Source: Laetmonice hystrix (Eukaryota). From it: a stretch of 64,000 bases of DNA. Each line of letters opens with the position of its first letter. The first letter of the stretch is position 1. Location: positions 27,466,001 to 27,530,000 of the forward strand of contig OZ249437.1 of assembly GCA_965235115.1 (NCBI GenBank), in the 5' to 3' direction. The notes beneath the pieces were generated by a model, which saw only the letters and a program-made list of their open reading frames with translations, did no database searches and had not been told where the DNA came from. Both the position numbers and the translations under genes were made by a program. Of this stretch, positions 24,301 to 36,510 are shown piece after piece.

Positions 24301-26873
24301 TCAGTTTTCATGCTTGAATTAATGAAGATGCCGAGACGAAACCGTGCACTGAATCTCAACCTTCACATTAACGTGGGCAGAATACAGCAGCTGCTCTTCC
24401 TGCTGTGCTTCCTACGGCTGCTGCCGTATTCAAAGGTTATTCAAAGCAGTATACTCTCAAACTGAGGTCATTCAAAGCAATGCACTCCAAATAAAGGTCA
24501 AATAAAGCAGCATATATCTAGTCTTAGCCTGCTCTAAGAGGAATCTTTCAGCGACCTTCTTAAGTAACACTGATGGTCAACGGCGGGAGTATCTTCACCG
24601 TCCCTCGATGGAATGTGGGTAAGAAAACCAAAGCGAAACATCAGGAGCTTTTAACCTTTTTGCTAACTTGCCGAAGGAATTTAGCCTCCCCACATCCCAT
24701 TGCCATTGTCGACTTACGGCGTCCGTAAATATTTGATGTTTGTAAAATAAAACCAACTGACCCCTCATACGGACCTTGATGGGTTCTCGGCGCCTTGGAG
24801 ACGCCAGGAGAACCTTTTGCAGACAGTCTTGTCCTTTAAGTAATTGATGTTTTTTTTCTCCATCCCTTTTCTGTATCAATCAGAATTTGCCCTCAGATGA
24901 GGTTTTTACATAAAGGAACCGAGAATGAATTTTTAAAAGGATTGCATTGAATGAAAATTTGTTGGAAAAAGAAAATATAAAAAGAAAATATAAAAAAAAA
25001 TTCCTGGAAAGTGGTTAAGTGTGTGGATGGAGATGCTCTCAATTAGCGTAATTGGAGACTATGGGACGAAACGTTTGGCAAGGTGGTGCCGCGCCTGTCA
25101 GCTGTGGCGACAGGCGCTGGCTTTGTGACGCTCCGACAAGTAGAACCAGCCGCAAAGTTTTCCTCATTAAGGTTTCCATCAGTCACTCCACTCCGCCCGC
25201 TTCGAAAGGATTCAAGAGAGAAAAAAAACCTGTTCTTGATCATGACCAGCCGGTGGGAACTCGGAAAGAGATCTGTGGAGTGATTTTTATTAATTACTGA
25301 CGGCAATGGTAGCGCCGTCTCCCTCGGGTTCTCTCATTTGCAATGCCATTAGCAGACTGTTTTGTTGTAAAGGCAGTATTTATACTTTGGCTACATGTAC
25401 TTATCCTCCATGGGCCTATACAGCTGCTTCTTTTAGATATTGTGGTTTGCCTCAAAGAGTGATTACATTGGTCTGTCATTAAGAGAATTGTTATGGCTTT
25501 TTGTGCTGGTGGTTACGGACTAAGACCAGCGGCGGAAACCACGAAAGCAACCAAACAGTTCCCCTATTTAACGCCAGGTGGCAGCAGCGGGGTCCAGTGC
25601 CTGCACTCAGGGGTTGATATAGTGTTCTTGTCGACAGGGCCTTTCACTAGTTTCAGTCAGTAAATGTTTTAATAGAATGCGTTATGGAAAGAGGAGTTTC
25701 TTCTTGTGAGGACGATATAATATGGTATATATGCGTCTAAATTAAAACGTGAAGCGGCGTAGATAAACGTAAGGCTTTAATATACCAGTGGTGGAGTAGA
25801 TGAGTGTAGTTCCTTTAGTACGTTGTCAGTCTAACAGCCTAAACGGATCAGTTTGGAAATAAATGTATAGAGGAAACCTTTTTATTCCATCCGAGCGTTT
25901 GAATGTTTTGAATTCTCCAGTACCGAGCTATCGTCCAGACTCCAGCGCCGCCTGGTGTTGAATGATGTCCAGGCCAGGTCGCCCCCCCCCCCATTCTACC
26001 CCCCCCCCCCCCCCCCAACCCGTCGAGGCCTCAGATTAACATGTATGGCGGTAGCTAGTACTGGGGAGGGTGAGCCCAAGGTCGGCTGTAAGACGGTGTA
26101 TATGGAGCCCTCGTCCATGTAAGACTTAGCTCTATAGTAGAGTCCAGCCGGCTGGGTCTGTTTACCATCATGTCGTCTGTTGGCTACCAGTACCTCCCAG
26201 CCAATATGTACTCTCGTATCGGATCTATTGTCCCGCCCAGCCGCACTGGTCTCTGCAATGAAATAGAGAAAATAAGGTATACTGTGTAGAGCGCCTACTT
26301 TCCAAGTCATAATCGTGTTAGAATATGTTTGAAGTGTTAGATGGGGAAGACCCCTTTTTAATCCTGAAGAGCATTTTAAACATTAGTAATGCAAGAGTGA
26401 GATTGCGTTGTGGACTTGAGTGTGCGTGTCTTTTTTCTATGCTGGTTGGAATAGAAGGTAATGAATAGGTTTATTGCAGATTGTTGTTTTTTTTCTGATT
26501 TCAAACTTTAATTAAGGCATCTTTTTGTTGGCTTTTTGTCTGATTTCAAACTTTAATTTAGGCATCTTACATAAAGGACGTTTGATTGTGGTAAGAATAT
26601 TATCACAATGGTCCTCCTTCCTTACACCTTCGGATATCCGAATTATATAGCGACGTTTGCCATACGAATTTGTGCCTAGTCGTATCAAGCAAAGGACAAT
26701 AACGTAAATTAATTTGTCCTGTCGGCGAAATGTCCATATACCGGTTTAGGACCCTCCAGAAGTTAGAGAAACGCTATAGTGATCATCCTCCAAAGTGTAG
26801 AAGAGTTTTATTTATGTGGGCCTCACCAGATTGTGATATATGGGGGCTGTAAATGACAATCGTCAGCTGAATC

Positions 26874-27575
26874 AGCCAGTCCTTGTCTGTAGTGACGCCC
26901 TCGGCCCCAGTGTCCCTATCAGCCTGTCCTTGTCTGTAGTGACGCCCTCGGCCCCAGTGTCCCTATCAGCCTGTCCTTGTCTGTAGTGACGCCCTCGGCC
27001 CCAGTGTCCCTATCAGCCTGTCCTTGTCTGTAGTGACGCCCTCGGCCCCAGTGTCCCTATCAGCCTGTCCTTGTCTGTAGTGACGCCCTCGGCCCCAGTG
27101 TCCCTATCAGCCTGTCCTTGGCTGTAGTGACGCCCTCGGCCCCAGTGTCCCTATCAGCCTGTCCTTGTCTGTAGTGACGCCCTCGGCCCCAGTGTCCCTA
27201 CCAGCCTGTCATTGTCTGTAGTGACGCCCTCGGTCCCAGTGTCCCTACCAGCCTGTCCTTGTTTGTAGTGACGCCCTCGGCCCCAGTGTCCCTACCAGCC
27301 TGTCCTTGTCTGTAGTGACGCCCTCGGCCCCAGTGTCCCTACCAGCCTGTCCTTGTTTGTAGTGACGCCCTCGGCCCCAGTGTCCCTACCAGCCTGTCCT
27401 TGTTTGTAGTGACGCCCTCGGCCCCAGTGTCCCTACCAGCCAGTCCTTGTTTGTAGTGACGCCCTCGGCCCCAGTGTCCCTATCAGCCTGTCCTTGTCTG
27501 TAGTGACGCCCTCGGACCCAGTGTCCCTATCAGCCTGTCCTTGTCTGTAGTGACGCCCTCGGCCCCAGTGTCCCT
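26874..27575. repeat. 47-bp minisatellite, about 15 copies
   Basis: Unit ccttgtctgtagtgacgccctcggccccagtgtccctatcagcctgt. Confidence 0.97.
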
Positions 27576-27715
27576 GCAGTCCGATGTCTGTGTTGAGTGG
27601 GCTGGATATGACGGAAAACGTGGCTCGGTGTTTTTAATGGCCATCGGACGTGGTGGGATGGCTATCTGTCACATCCCTTTCCACAGGGTCGTCGGGCCGT
27701 GAAACTGGCAGTGAT

Positions 27716-28976
27716 AACGGACGGCGGCACTGGGAGTGACCGTGGGATGACGGATGGTTTGACTGGGAGTGACCGTGGGATGACGGACGGTGGGACTGGG
27801 AGTGACCGTGGGATGACGGATGGTGGGGCTGGGAGTGACCGTGGGATGACGGACGGTGGGACTGGGAGGGACTGTGGGATGACGGACGGTGGGACTGGGA
27901 GGGACTGTGGGATGACGGACGGTGGGACTGGGACTGACCGTGGGATGACGGACGGTGGGACTGGGACTGACCGTGGGATGACGGACGGTGGGACTGGGAG
28001 GGACTGTGGGATGACGGACGGTGGGACTGGGACTGACCGTGGGATGACGGACGGTGGGACTGGGAGGGACTGTGGGATGACGGACGGTGGGACTGGGACT
28101 GACCGTGGGATGACGGATGGTGGGACTGGGACTGACCGTGGGATGACGGACGGTGGGACTGGGACTGACCGTGGGATGACGGACGGTGGGACTGGGAGGG
28201 ACTGTGGGATGACGGACGGTGGGACTGGGAGTGACCATGGGATGACAGACGGTGGGACTGGGACTGACCGTGGGCTGACGGACGGTGGGACTGGGAGTGA
28301 CCGTGGGATGACGGACGGTTTGACTGGGAGTGACCGTGGGATGACGGACGGTGGGGCTGGGAGTGACCATGGGATGACAGACGGTGGGACTGGGACTGAC
28401 CGTGGGATGACGGATGGTGGGGCTGGGAGTGACCGTGGGATGACGGACGATGAGACTGGGAGTGACCGTGGGATGACGGACGGTGGGGCTGGGAGTGACC
28501 GTGGGATGACGGACGGTTTGACTGGGAGTGACCGTGGGATGACGGACGGTGGGACTGGGAGTGACCGTGGGATGACGGATGGTTTGACTGGGAGTGACCA
28601 TGGGATGACAGACGGTGGGACTGGGAGTGACCATGGGATGACGGACGGTTTGACTGGGAGTGACCATGGGATGACAGACGGTGAGACTGGGAGTGACCGT
28701 GGGATGACGGACGGTGGGACTGGGAGTGACCGTGGGATGACGGATGGTTTGACTGGGAGTGACCATGGGATGACAGACGGTGGGACTGGGAGTGACCATG
28801 GGATGACAGACGGTGGGACTGGGAGTGACGGTGGGATGACGGACCGTGGGACTGGCAGTGACCGTGGGATGACGGAAGGTGGGACTGAGAGTGACCGTGG
28901 GACGGACGGTTTGACTGGGAGTGACCGTGGGATGACGGACGGCGGCACTGCCAGTAACCGTGGGATGACGGCCGTG
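27716..28976. repeat. 33-bp G-rich minisatellite, about 38 copies
   Basis: Unit gtgggatgacggacggtgggactgggagtgacc. Open in all three minus frames and one plus frame. Confidence 0.97.
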
Positions 28977-29505
28977 ACAATGGTTGTTCGGGACGGTCAA
29001 TGATAGCGGTACGATGAATGGCCCCCAATGGTCAGTGTGAGGAGAGGCTGGACGTCACATCTTTCACCCACAGGTCGTCAGAGATGATCTACACCACTAG
29101 GACTGTGGGCCGGGAGATCCCCGCCACTACTGGAGCATCTACATGTATTTGTCGATGCCCATGTGTAACCTTCACGGCTAGCTATTCAACCTTTGAAAGT
29201 GGGGAATATTTATTAGCGGCCGTCTTAGCGCAATCTCTTTATATTCTGCCAATTAAACAGAAAGAATATGTTTAGCTGTAACTAATTCATGCAGTGAATT
29301 AGGAAAGATTGATAATGTCATTGTACGAAGTGATTACCATTGTCAGCAGCAGGCCTCGTGCCTCTGACAAGTGGTGGGTGTATGGAAAGTTAGGGCTCTG
29401 TTGTGGCTGTGCTAGGTCAGACATGGGTCATCAAGGGTTGCAGTGTGGCTGTAATAAAGTAGGAAAGGATAGAATGGCGGCAGTGAAAGGAGTTTGTTAG
29501 TGTCC

Positions 29506-30404
29506 GTATGATTGGTTGTCATGGGGCCGACTCTGACCAGAGGTGGCAGTATGAGGAGTGGGGGCAGGGTGGGTCGTATGATTGGTTGTCATAGGACCGA
29601 CTCTGACCAGAGGTGATAGTATGAGGAGTGGGGGCAGGGTGGGTCGTATGATTGGTTGTCATGGGGCCGACTCTGACCAGAGGTGGCAGTATGAGGAGTG
29701 GGGCAGGGTGGGTCGTGTGATTAGTTGTCATATGACCGACTCTGACCAGAGGGGATAGTATGAGGAGTGGGGGCAGGGTGGGTCGTATGATTAGTTGTCA
29801 TAGGACCGACTCTGACCAGAGGTGATAGTATGAGGAGTGGGGGCAGGGTGGGTCGTATGATTGGTTGTCATAGGGCCGACCCTGACCAGAGGTGATAGTA
29901 TGAGGAGTGGGGCAGGGTGGGTCGTGTGATTGGTTGTAATAGGGCCGACCCTGACCAGAGGTGGCAGTATGAGTGGGGCAGGGTGGGTCGTATGATTGGT
30001 TGTCATAGGGCCGACCCTCACCAGAGGTGATAGTATGAGGAGTGGGGGCAGGGTGGGTCGTATGATTGGTTGTCATAGGGCCGACCCTGACCAGAGGTGA
30101 TAGTATGAGGAGTGGGGCAGGGTGGGTCGTGTGATTGGTTGTCATAGGGCCGACCCTGACCAGAGGTGGCAGTATGAGGAGTGGGGCAGGGAGGGTCGTA
30201 TGATTGGTTGTCATGGGGCCGACTCTGACCAGAGGTGATAGTATGAGGAGTGGGGGCAGGGTGGGTCGTATGATTGGTTGTCATAGGGCCGACCCTCACC
30301 AGAGGTGATAGTATGAGGAGTGGGGGCAGGGTGGGTCGTATGATTGGTTGTCATGGGGCCGACTCTGACCAGAGGTGACAGTATGAGGAGTGGGGCAGGG
30401 TGGG
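29506..30404. repeat. 69-70 bp G-rich minisatellite, about 13 copies
   Basis: Unit gtatgattggttgtcatggggccgactctgaccagaggtggcagtatgaggagtgggggcagggtgggtc. Confidence 0.96.
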
Positions 30405-30540
30405 GTGGGACTGTGATATAGAATGGTGTAGTGAGGCGGTCTACCATGCCATCAGGCGATGCCGTGTACGGTCAGGAGGGGCGCTGATTGAAAAGCCCCC
30501 ATGGGAAGATGGCCTCTTGCCGTACCCCACTCTACACTTA

Positions 30541-30936
30541 GGGCAGGTTCACGCAGGATTTTCCCCGGGTAATACCCGGGTCAGTGGTGGTGAGCTGTAT
30601 GCGAACGCGCTTCGCCCGGGGTAACTTACCTCAGATTCTCGGCCAGGCGGATGGATTATTAGCGGCTCCGGAGCAAATCCATACCCGGGGTAACCGCAGT
30701 CTGAATGCAAACCATGCCGTCGTAAGGCACCAGGGGGCATTGCGAGCGATCAGATGTATGCAAATTCTCGTACAACCGTCACGTGACAAACAAAAGCGCC
30801 ACCTGGAGTCTGTTCTGGGTTAACTGCCTGTAAAAGATTACAGGGGCGGGAAGACTTCTTGTCCCGGGTCAGCGTGGTTCAGTATGAACGCAAATGAGCG
30901 GGCGATTTCATCCGGGAAAGAAGTGTGAACCTGGCC
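30541..30936. mobile_element. 396-bp PIF/Harbinger-like MITE
   Basis: Left TIR gggcaggttcacgc and right end gtgtgaacctggcc match at 12/14 as inverted repeats. Flanked by TTA on both sides (30538-40, 30937-39). Internal cccggggtaa repeats. Confidence 0.8.
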
Positions 30937-33900
30937 TTACACACCCTGCTTGCCGACTGGGTCGACCGGCCTCCGCCAAGAAACAATCCAAGCTCTCGTT
31001 ACTGACTCAGTAACGATTGCATGTTACACTGTCATAACTGTGGCTCCATACAGACGTACCATTGATCGACTAAAGACATGGGATGGCTGAATGAATGGGA
31101 ACTGTCGACATCAAAGATCAGAGTAAGACTGGCCGATGTCTATGTACATTCTTCGTGTTATTACCTACCCAGGAACGACACAGAAAATCAGATGCTTGTG
31201 GGAGATGTTTTTGTAAGGTTGGCAAGGTTTTTTTGTTTAATGATGAGAAACAATTACCCAGTTGACGATACCTGAAATATTTATTCGCGGTTGTGTATTT
31301 TAGGAAGAATTGAATGGCAGTTGGTTGTTAAAGAAGAAATACTTCTTGCCTACCTCCTGTTAAATCTGTGTAAATTAATCCATTCCAGGTTAAAGTTTAA
31401 TGATACAGTCCATGAGGATATAGAGATGGCGTCATTGTTTGTGTACACGTAGGTGACCGAGTAATCTGGATTCTGATTCAGCCGAGTATATGAGCAATGG
31501 TTGATGGTGATCGATCCTGATATTTGCTGATGCTTGCCTTGCCTGCAAGCAATCCCCCCAACTGTGTATTAAGATATACTACTTAATGCGGGCCGTCTCA
31601 CGGACGGGCGTCCCTGTGCCCGCGTGGTCCCGTTGTTGTGGTCCACGCCCGGAGATGGATGGCGCCAAGTCTGAGACGTGACATCGGAACCCGCCGTCCC
31701 ACTCCCAGCTCATAGAGGAGGAAGCGTGGAACTGGAACAGGCGCCGACCACACGGCGACTCCTATACCGCCAGCCTTCAAGGTCTCTTTTAGTGGATGTC
31801 TTTACGTCATGGCGGCACACCGGACTCGGCGATCATCTTCTGACGGAACATGAAGTCGCCCCAGTGTCATTGACAGGGACCGTTACTGATGGACACGGGA
31901 GTCAAGTCTGACGGAGGAACTAAACCAAGAAACTCGCCACAAGATGAAGTAGATATCGGGTTGGAACGTCAGACGTCGCTGTTCAGGTCACCCTGGTGAT
32001 CTGTTTGGGTTTGTTATGGTGGTTGGGATACTTAGCTACTCCAGGGACCCGTTTATATAGCCCAGTGGTCTTTAAGAAAGGCTTTCCGGCTGTAGGACTA
32101 CTGGAGGATGCAGGGGGCTTCTCTAACACCAGGATAGCTCTAGACATTTCACGTGTTGAGTTCTTCCGTGGACTGTTGTTCAAAGACTGGTCGCGACTAG
32201 TGGACTGTGTGACCAGTCACCCCAACACGGGCAGGCAGCTTCTAAAGAGATTTATCCTACTCATCAACGGGCTCCAGGAGACCGAATTGGTTCTGTGTGC
32301 CAGGACGGGGGAGGCTTTACGGGGATAAGAGCGTCGGATGGGTCTCATCATTACAGGCGCCATACTCAGGAAGAGGTTAGCTGGAGATCACGCTGTCATT
32401 GTGATAGAATGTCACCTGACAATATGGACACAGCCCAGCGGTTTACTTCAAGGCCTCAGGAGTGTTGGCATTTTGTTCGCTGTCTGTCTGGGAAGGTAGT
32501 TCTGTTTGGCTGCGGTTGTGAGGAATACGTGAAGCTATGAGGCAGGTGTTTCTACAAGATTCCAACCGGAGAGTTTCATGACACGTCGCTCTCGGCAACT
32601 GAGGACTGAGGACAGCTGGCAGTGTCAGCAGTTAGTGACTTCTCTACGTGCAAGTCCGATGTCATTGTCCTGTATATGTGATTGTGTAATGTGTATTCTC
32701 GAGAAAGGAGCACAGCTTCTGTGGCCTGCATGAATCACACACTATTCATACTCACAGCACTGAGAACTGTGCAGGACCAACTGTTTGGTTTACAGAACAC
32801 TTTTTTTATCCGTTATTAATGAGAAAAGAGATGATGATAAGATAAGGAGAGACGTTCATCAGGCATATACTATATACATAGCCAGAGCTATTTTTGTCGA
32901 GAACGACATTGGCAAGCAAACTCCTGTTAATTATGGGGTCAGTGTATATATTAGTTGACTTGGATACGTTATAGACAGTGTCGGTGGCGTATGTATGCCA
33001 GCCGTGTCAAACAGGACGTTCTGTAATGTGTTCTTTGGATAGAATATAGAGGTAGAGACTATGATGTCATGCGCATAGTCTGGTCCTAACCGCCGGCTGT
33101 GTTTGCCACGACAGGACCCTGCGAATGAGGGAACGAAGGATGCCGTGAACATTTTTGTCTTTGTCGTCACGCCAAGTCTGCCTCTCGGCCAATCTCAGTC
33201 CACACGTAGAGTGAGAATAACTCGGCAGCACGGCCAGAGAATCCCAACCCCTCTACGGCACTCTGATGATCACAGCGAGAAACCGTCACGCAGCATCAGC
33301 TGGACCATCAGTCCAGCACAAAGACTGCCTTTTGTATGAAGATCTGTCGTTGAGGATTTCATTTAGAAACATCTAACTTTAGGAGTACATGTTGAAGATA
33401 GCACTCTGCACTGTTGATTGTGTCCGTAATATCTCAGAGTGTGTTCTTTTGATATGTATTCAAAATTACCCCCGGCTGCCGTGAAGGGTTAAGTCTCAAG
33501 AAATTGAATAAGGTTCAAAGGAAGGAACACTAAAGGATAACAAAAAGCCACAATATGCGATGGGAATGCTTTATGGCTCTAATTGCCTTGACGGAATCAA
33601 AAAGTATTGAGATGAAAGGAAGCGTGAGCACTTGTCGTCAATTGTAGGGTGTTTCTACAGCTGACAGTCACTTTGAAGGTGTAAAGGATGCGGGAATCGC
33701 CATAGCATCCATTTGTAACGTCTTGGCTTCTCTCATCTCTGAGAAAATGGCGACTGGAGTACAACAGGCCGTGTTGGATAAAGGATTCTCCTCGCCCATG
33801 CGGTATTAAACCGATGCTGTCATTATTGGTAATATGGAACAATTATATCGTGTTTCAATGTGCCACTGTTAGAAAACATACAAGTTGTGAGCCACTCTGT

Positions 33901-34111
33901 GCCCGGAGCCTCTCAGCGAGCTGAATGGATAGTGGCCGGATTTTATAACGTTTAAAATTTCTAGCCACTCAGATTTCAGAGCAGATGAAGTGCGGACAAG
34001 TGAGGTAGTCAGTTGTCATGACGGGTTTCCCATGAACACCGTGGCTGACAGTACCGATTGTTGCCGGGAGTTGGCTGTCGGGTAGCGGATTACGGCCCGT
34101 CAGCCGCCGAC

Positions 34112-34420
34112 AGGCCGTGCCGCCGGGAAGCCGCTGGTATAGGCCGTGCCGCCGGGAAGCCGCTGGTATAGGCCGTGCCGCCGGTAAGCCGCTGGTATAG
34201 GGCGTGCCGCCGGAAACCGCTAGTATAGGCCGTGCCGCCGGGAAGTCGCTAGGCCGTGCCGCAGGTAAGCCGTTGGTATAGGCCGTGTCGCCGGGAAGCC
34301 GCTAGGCCGTGCCGCCAGGAAGCCGCTGGTATAGGCCGTGTCGCCGGGAAGCCGCTAGGCCGTGCCGCCAGGAAGCCGCTGGTATAGGCCGTGTCGCCGG
34401 GAAGCCGGCAGGCCGTGCCG
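34112..34420. repeat. 25-29 bp GC-rich minisatellite, about 11 copies
   Basis: Unit taggccgtgccgccgggaagccgctggta. Confidence 0.93.
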
Positions 34421-36248
34421 TTTGAGCTGCAGCATTTCGTTCTCTGACATCCAGCAGTCGTGTATAGGCCTACATTCAGACATATGCGACGAATCCCAGA
34501 GTGAGCTTGTATTCGCGACCAGTAACTCCAGACCCTATAACTGGTGGAGTGAACGACTGGCTGAGGTCAACTCGTGACTCGCTCGGTGAGGTGGTGAAAT
34601 GGACGGTGCCCTCTGGATGACGAATGGGGACACAGGTCAGGGGATCAGTGGACGGCAGCAGGGTCAAAGGGCACAGGGTCTGAGTGATCTGACCTTGGAG
34701 ACCTGCGCGGCGGCACTTGGACAAATGAAACGACTATCTCTGCTGTGGAGAGCTAGGGGATGTGGCAGTTTTCAAGGTTTTACGTTTCGATCTGCTGTGC
34801 ACACGTGGTAAACTTGATTCAATTCGTTACGATTGACCTCGTCTGATGATTCTGTTCGGATAAAACATGTTTCATCTGACAGACCCTTGAGCACATTTAA
34901 TACTCATTCTAGGATGGATTTGATATGGTGTGAGTATTTCAAGACAAGAGCTCACTGAAATCAACCAAGACTGAAAGACCCGCGCCATGCAAGCTGCAGC
35001 ATCACCCATTGCGATTAGTTCCCGGGGCGCTCAAATTATTTGTAGTTGTTTTCTTGGGACAATCAGATGTCATTTCCTTGGTTTGTTCCTTGGGATTTAT
35101 TGTAGACCCTGGAGTACGTGCGGGTTTGATCTACCATGTAGAAGACGGCTTTGTGTGACCACGGTGGCCAGTTTGTAGGCCGGGGTGTGTACCTCTGTGT
35201 CTCAGTGTAGATGAACAGTGACAGATGCTGGCCGTAACGAAGGGGCCGTGATCTGGCCCGCCCTCCGGCCTGCCCCAGCCGGTGACAGTAGTTGGTACTG
35301 CCGACACCACACGGTCCTGCAGGCAGACAACCAGGCACTCAAGGCAGGCAGGAAGTCAGGCACGTGGTGACGTCGACGCCGAGTGCCAACGACAGTCCCC
35401 GTCGTGTGGACAGCAGACTGCAGTCTGCTGCCGATAGAACGAGCACCTGTGGGCAGTTGTATGGGAGCCGGGGAGGTACTCCACGTGGTTCTCCACCATA
35501 TCATCTGTCAGGAAGGCCAGGCAGGCAGGCCGCCCCTGGAACTATCCCACTGAAGAAGGTGGGACTGCTGGACATACAAGCTGATCAGTCCCATGGCACA
35601 CTGCCAAACGGGACCATGAGACAATGACTATTAAGGAACCTTAGACTTGGAGTGTGGAAGCAGTAGTCCGTCGGACAGTCCATGATGGGAGGGTGAACAG
35701 GGTCAAACTATAAAACACGTGCCAGCCAGCGGTGAGTCAGTGAGTGTTGAGGACCGCGGCAACCGAGCCGCGGCAGCCGAGTTGGACGTCAGGACCGGAG
35801 CGCTGATGATAGCGGAAGGATTGATCTTTTTATTTAATCAGTGTAATGGACCTTTAAGCAGGGTCAATAGTCCAGTCGTCGTGGCAGCGACTATCAAGGA
35901 TGACAGGCATTGCTTTACCGTTCCCCATGTTAATACCAGTCAATACCTGCGATTTCAGAACATGCCGGAAACTCTCATCGCGACAGATAAATGTTAAAAA
36001 AGGTCAATCGATTCATGGCGGTCGGCTTGGGATTCTGACATCGAATCTATAGCGCTTTTATCTACGTGGATTCAAAGCGTCAGCCATCGTGCAGCAGATG
36101 ATCAGAGCTGACGAAATGAGTTCAGATCGTGGTCTCTTCATCTCTGCTTCCGAGGCTTTTTTTTATTGATTCACACTTAATGTTTGGAAGCATGGAGATG
36201 GCTGTCAGACATGGTGACATTAGGAACATGGTCTCCGGGCGGGGTAAA

Positions 36249-36510
36249 GGTAGCTGGGCCGGGCAGTGGTAGCCGGGCAGGGCAGTGGTAGCCGGGCAGG
36301 GCAGTGGTAGCCGGGCAGGGCAGTGGTAGCCGGGCAGTGGTAGCCGGGCGGGGCAGAGGTAGCTGGGCCGGGCAGTGGTAGCCGGGCCGGGCAGTGGTAG
36401 CTGGGCCGGGCAGTGGTAGCAGAGTGGGGCAGAGGTAGCTGGGCCGGGCAGTGGTAGCCGGGCAGTGGTAGCCGTGCGGGGCAGAGGTAGCTGGACAGGG
36501 CAGAGGTAGC
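36249..36510. repeat. G-rich 15-20 bp variable minisatellite
   Basis: Units gggcagtggtagccg(ggca) and gggcagaggtagctgggcc. Confidence 0.9.

Noticed and set aside
26874-27575. CRISPR-like array (also considered for the 40-, 59-, 70- and 82-bp arrays)
   Set aside because: The units are contiguous with no unique spacers, there are no cas genes, and the context is a eukaryotic intron.
27634-29028. Mucin-like or His/Ser-rich minus-strand ORFs (428-464 aa)
   Set aside because: All three minus frames of the 33-bp array are open, with no splice or start context. Only the plus frame has a plausible acceptor (see findings).
33465-33492. piggyBac-like end (gaagggttaa)
   Set aside because: Only a degenerate partner terminus within about 25 bp; cannot be distinguished from chance.
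35340-35560. Gypsy RNase H-like text on the minus strand (LAFL...VEYLPGS)
   Set aside because: The resemblance is marginal, the NADALSR motif is missing, and there is no flanking pol sequence.
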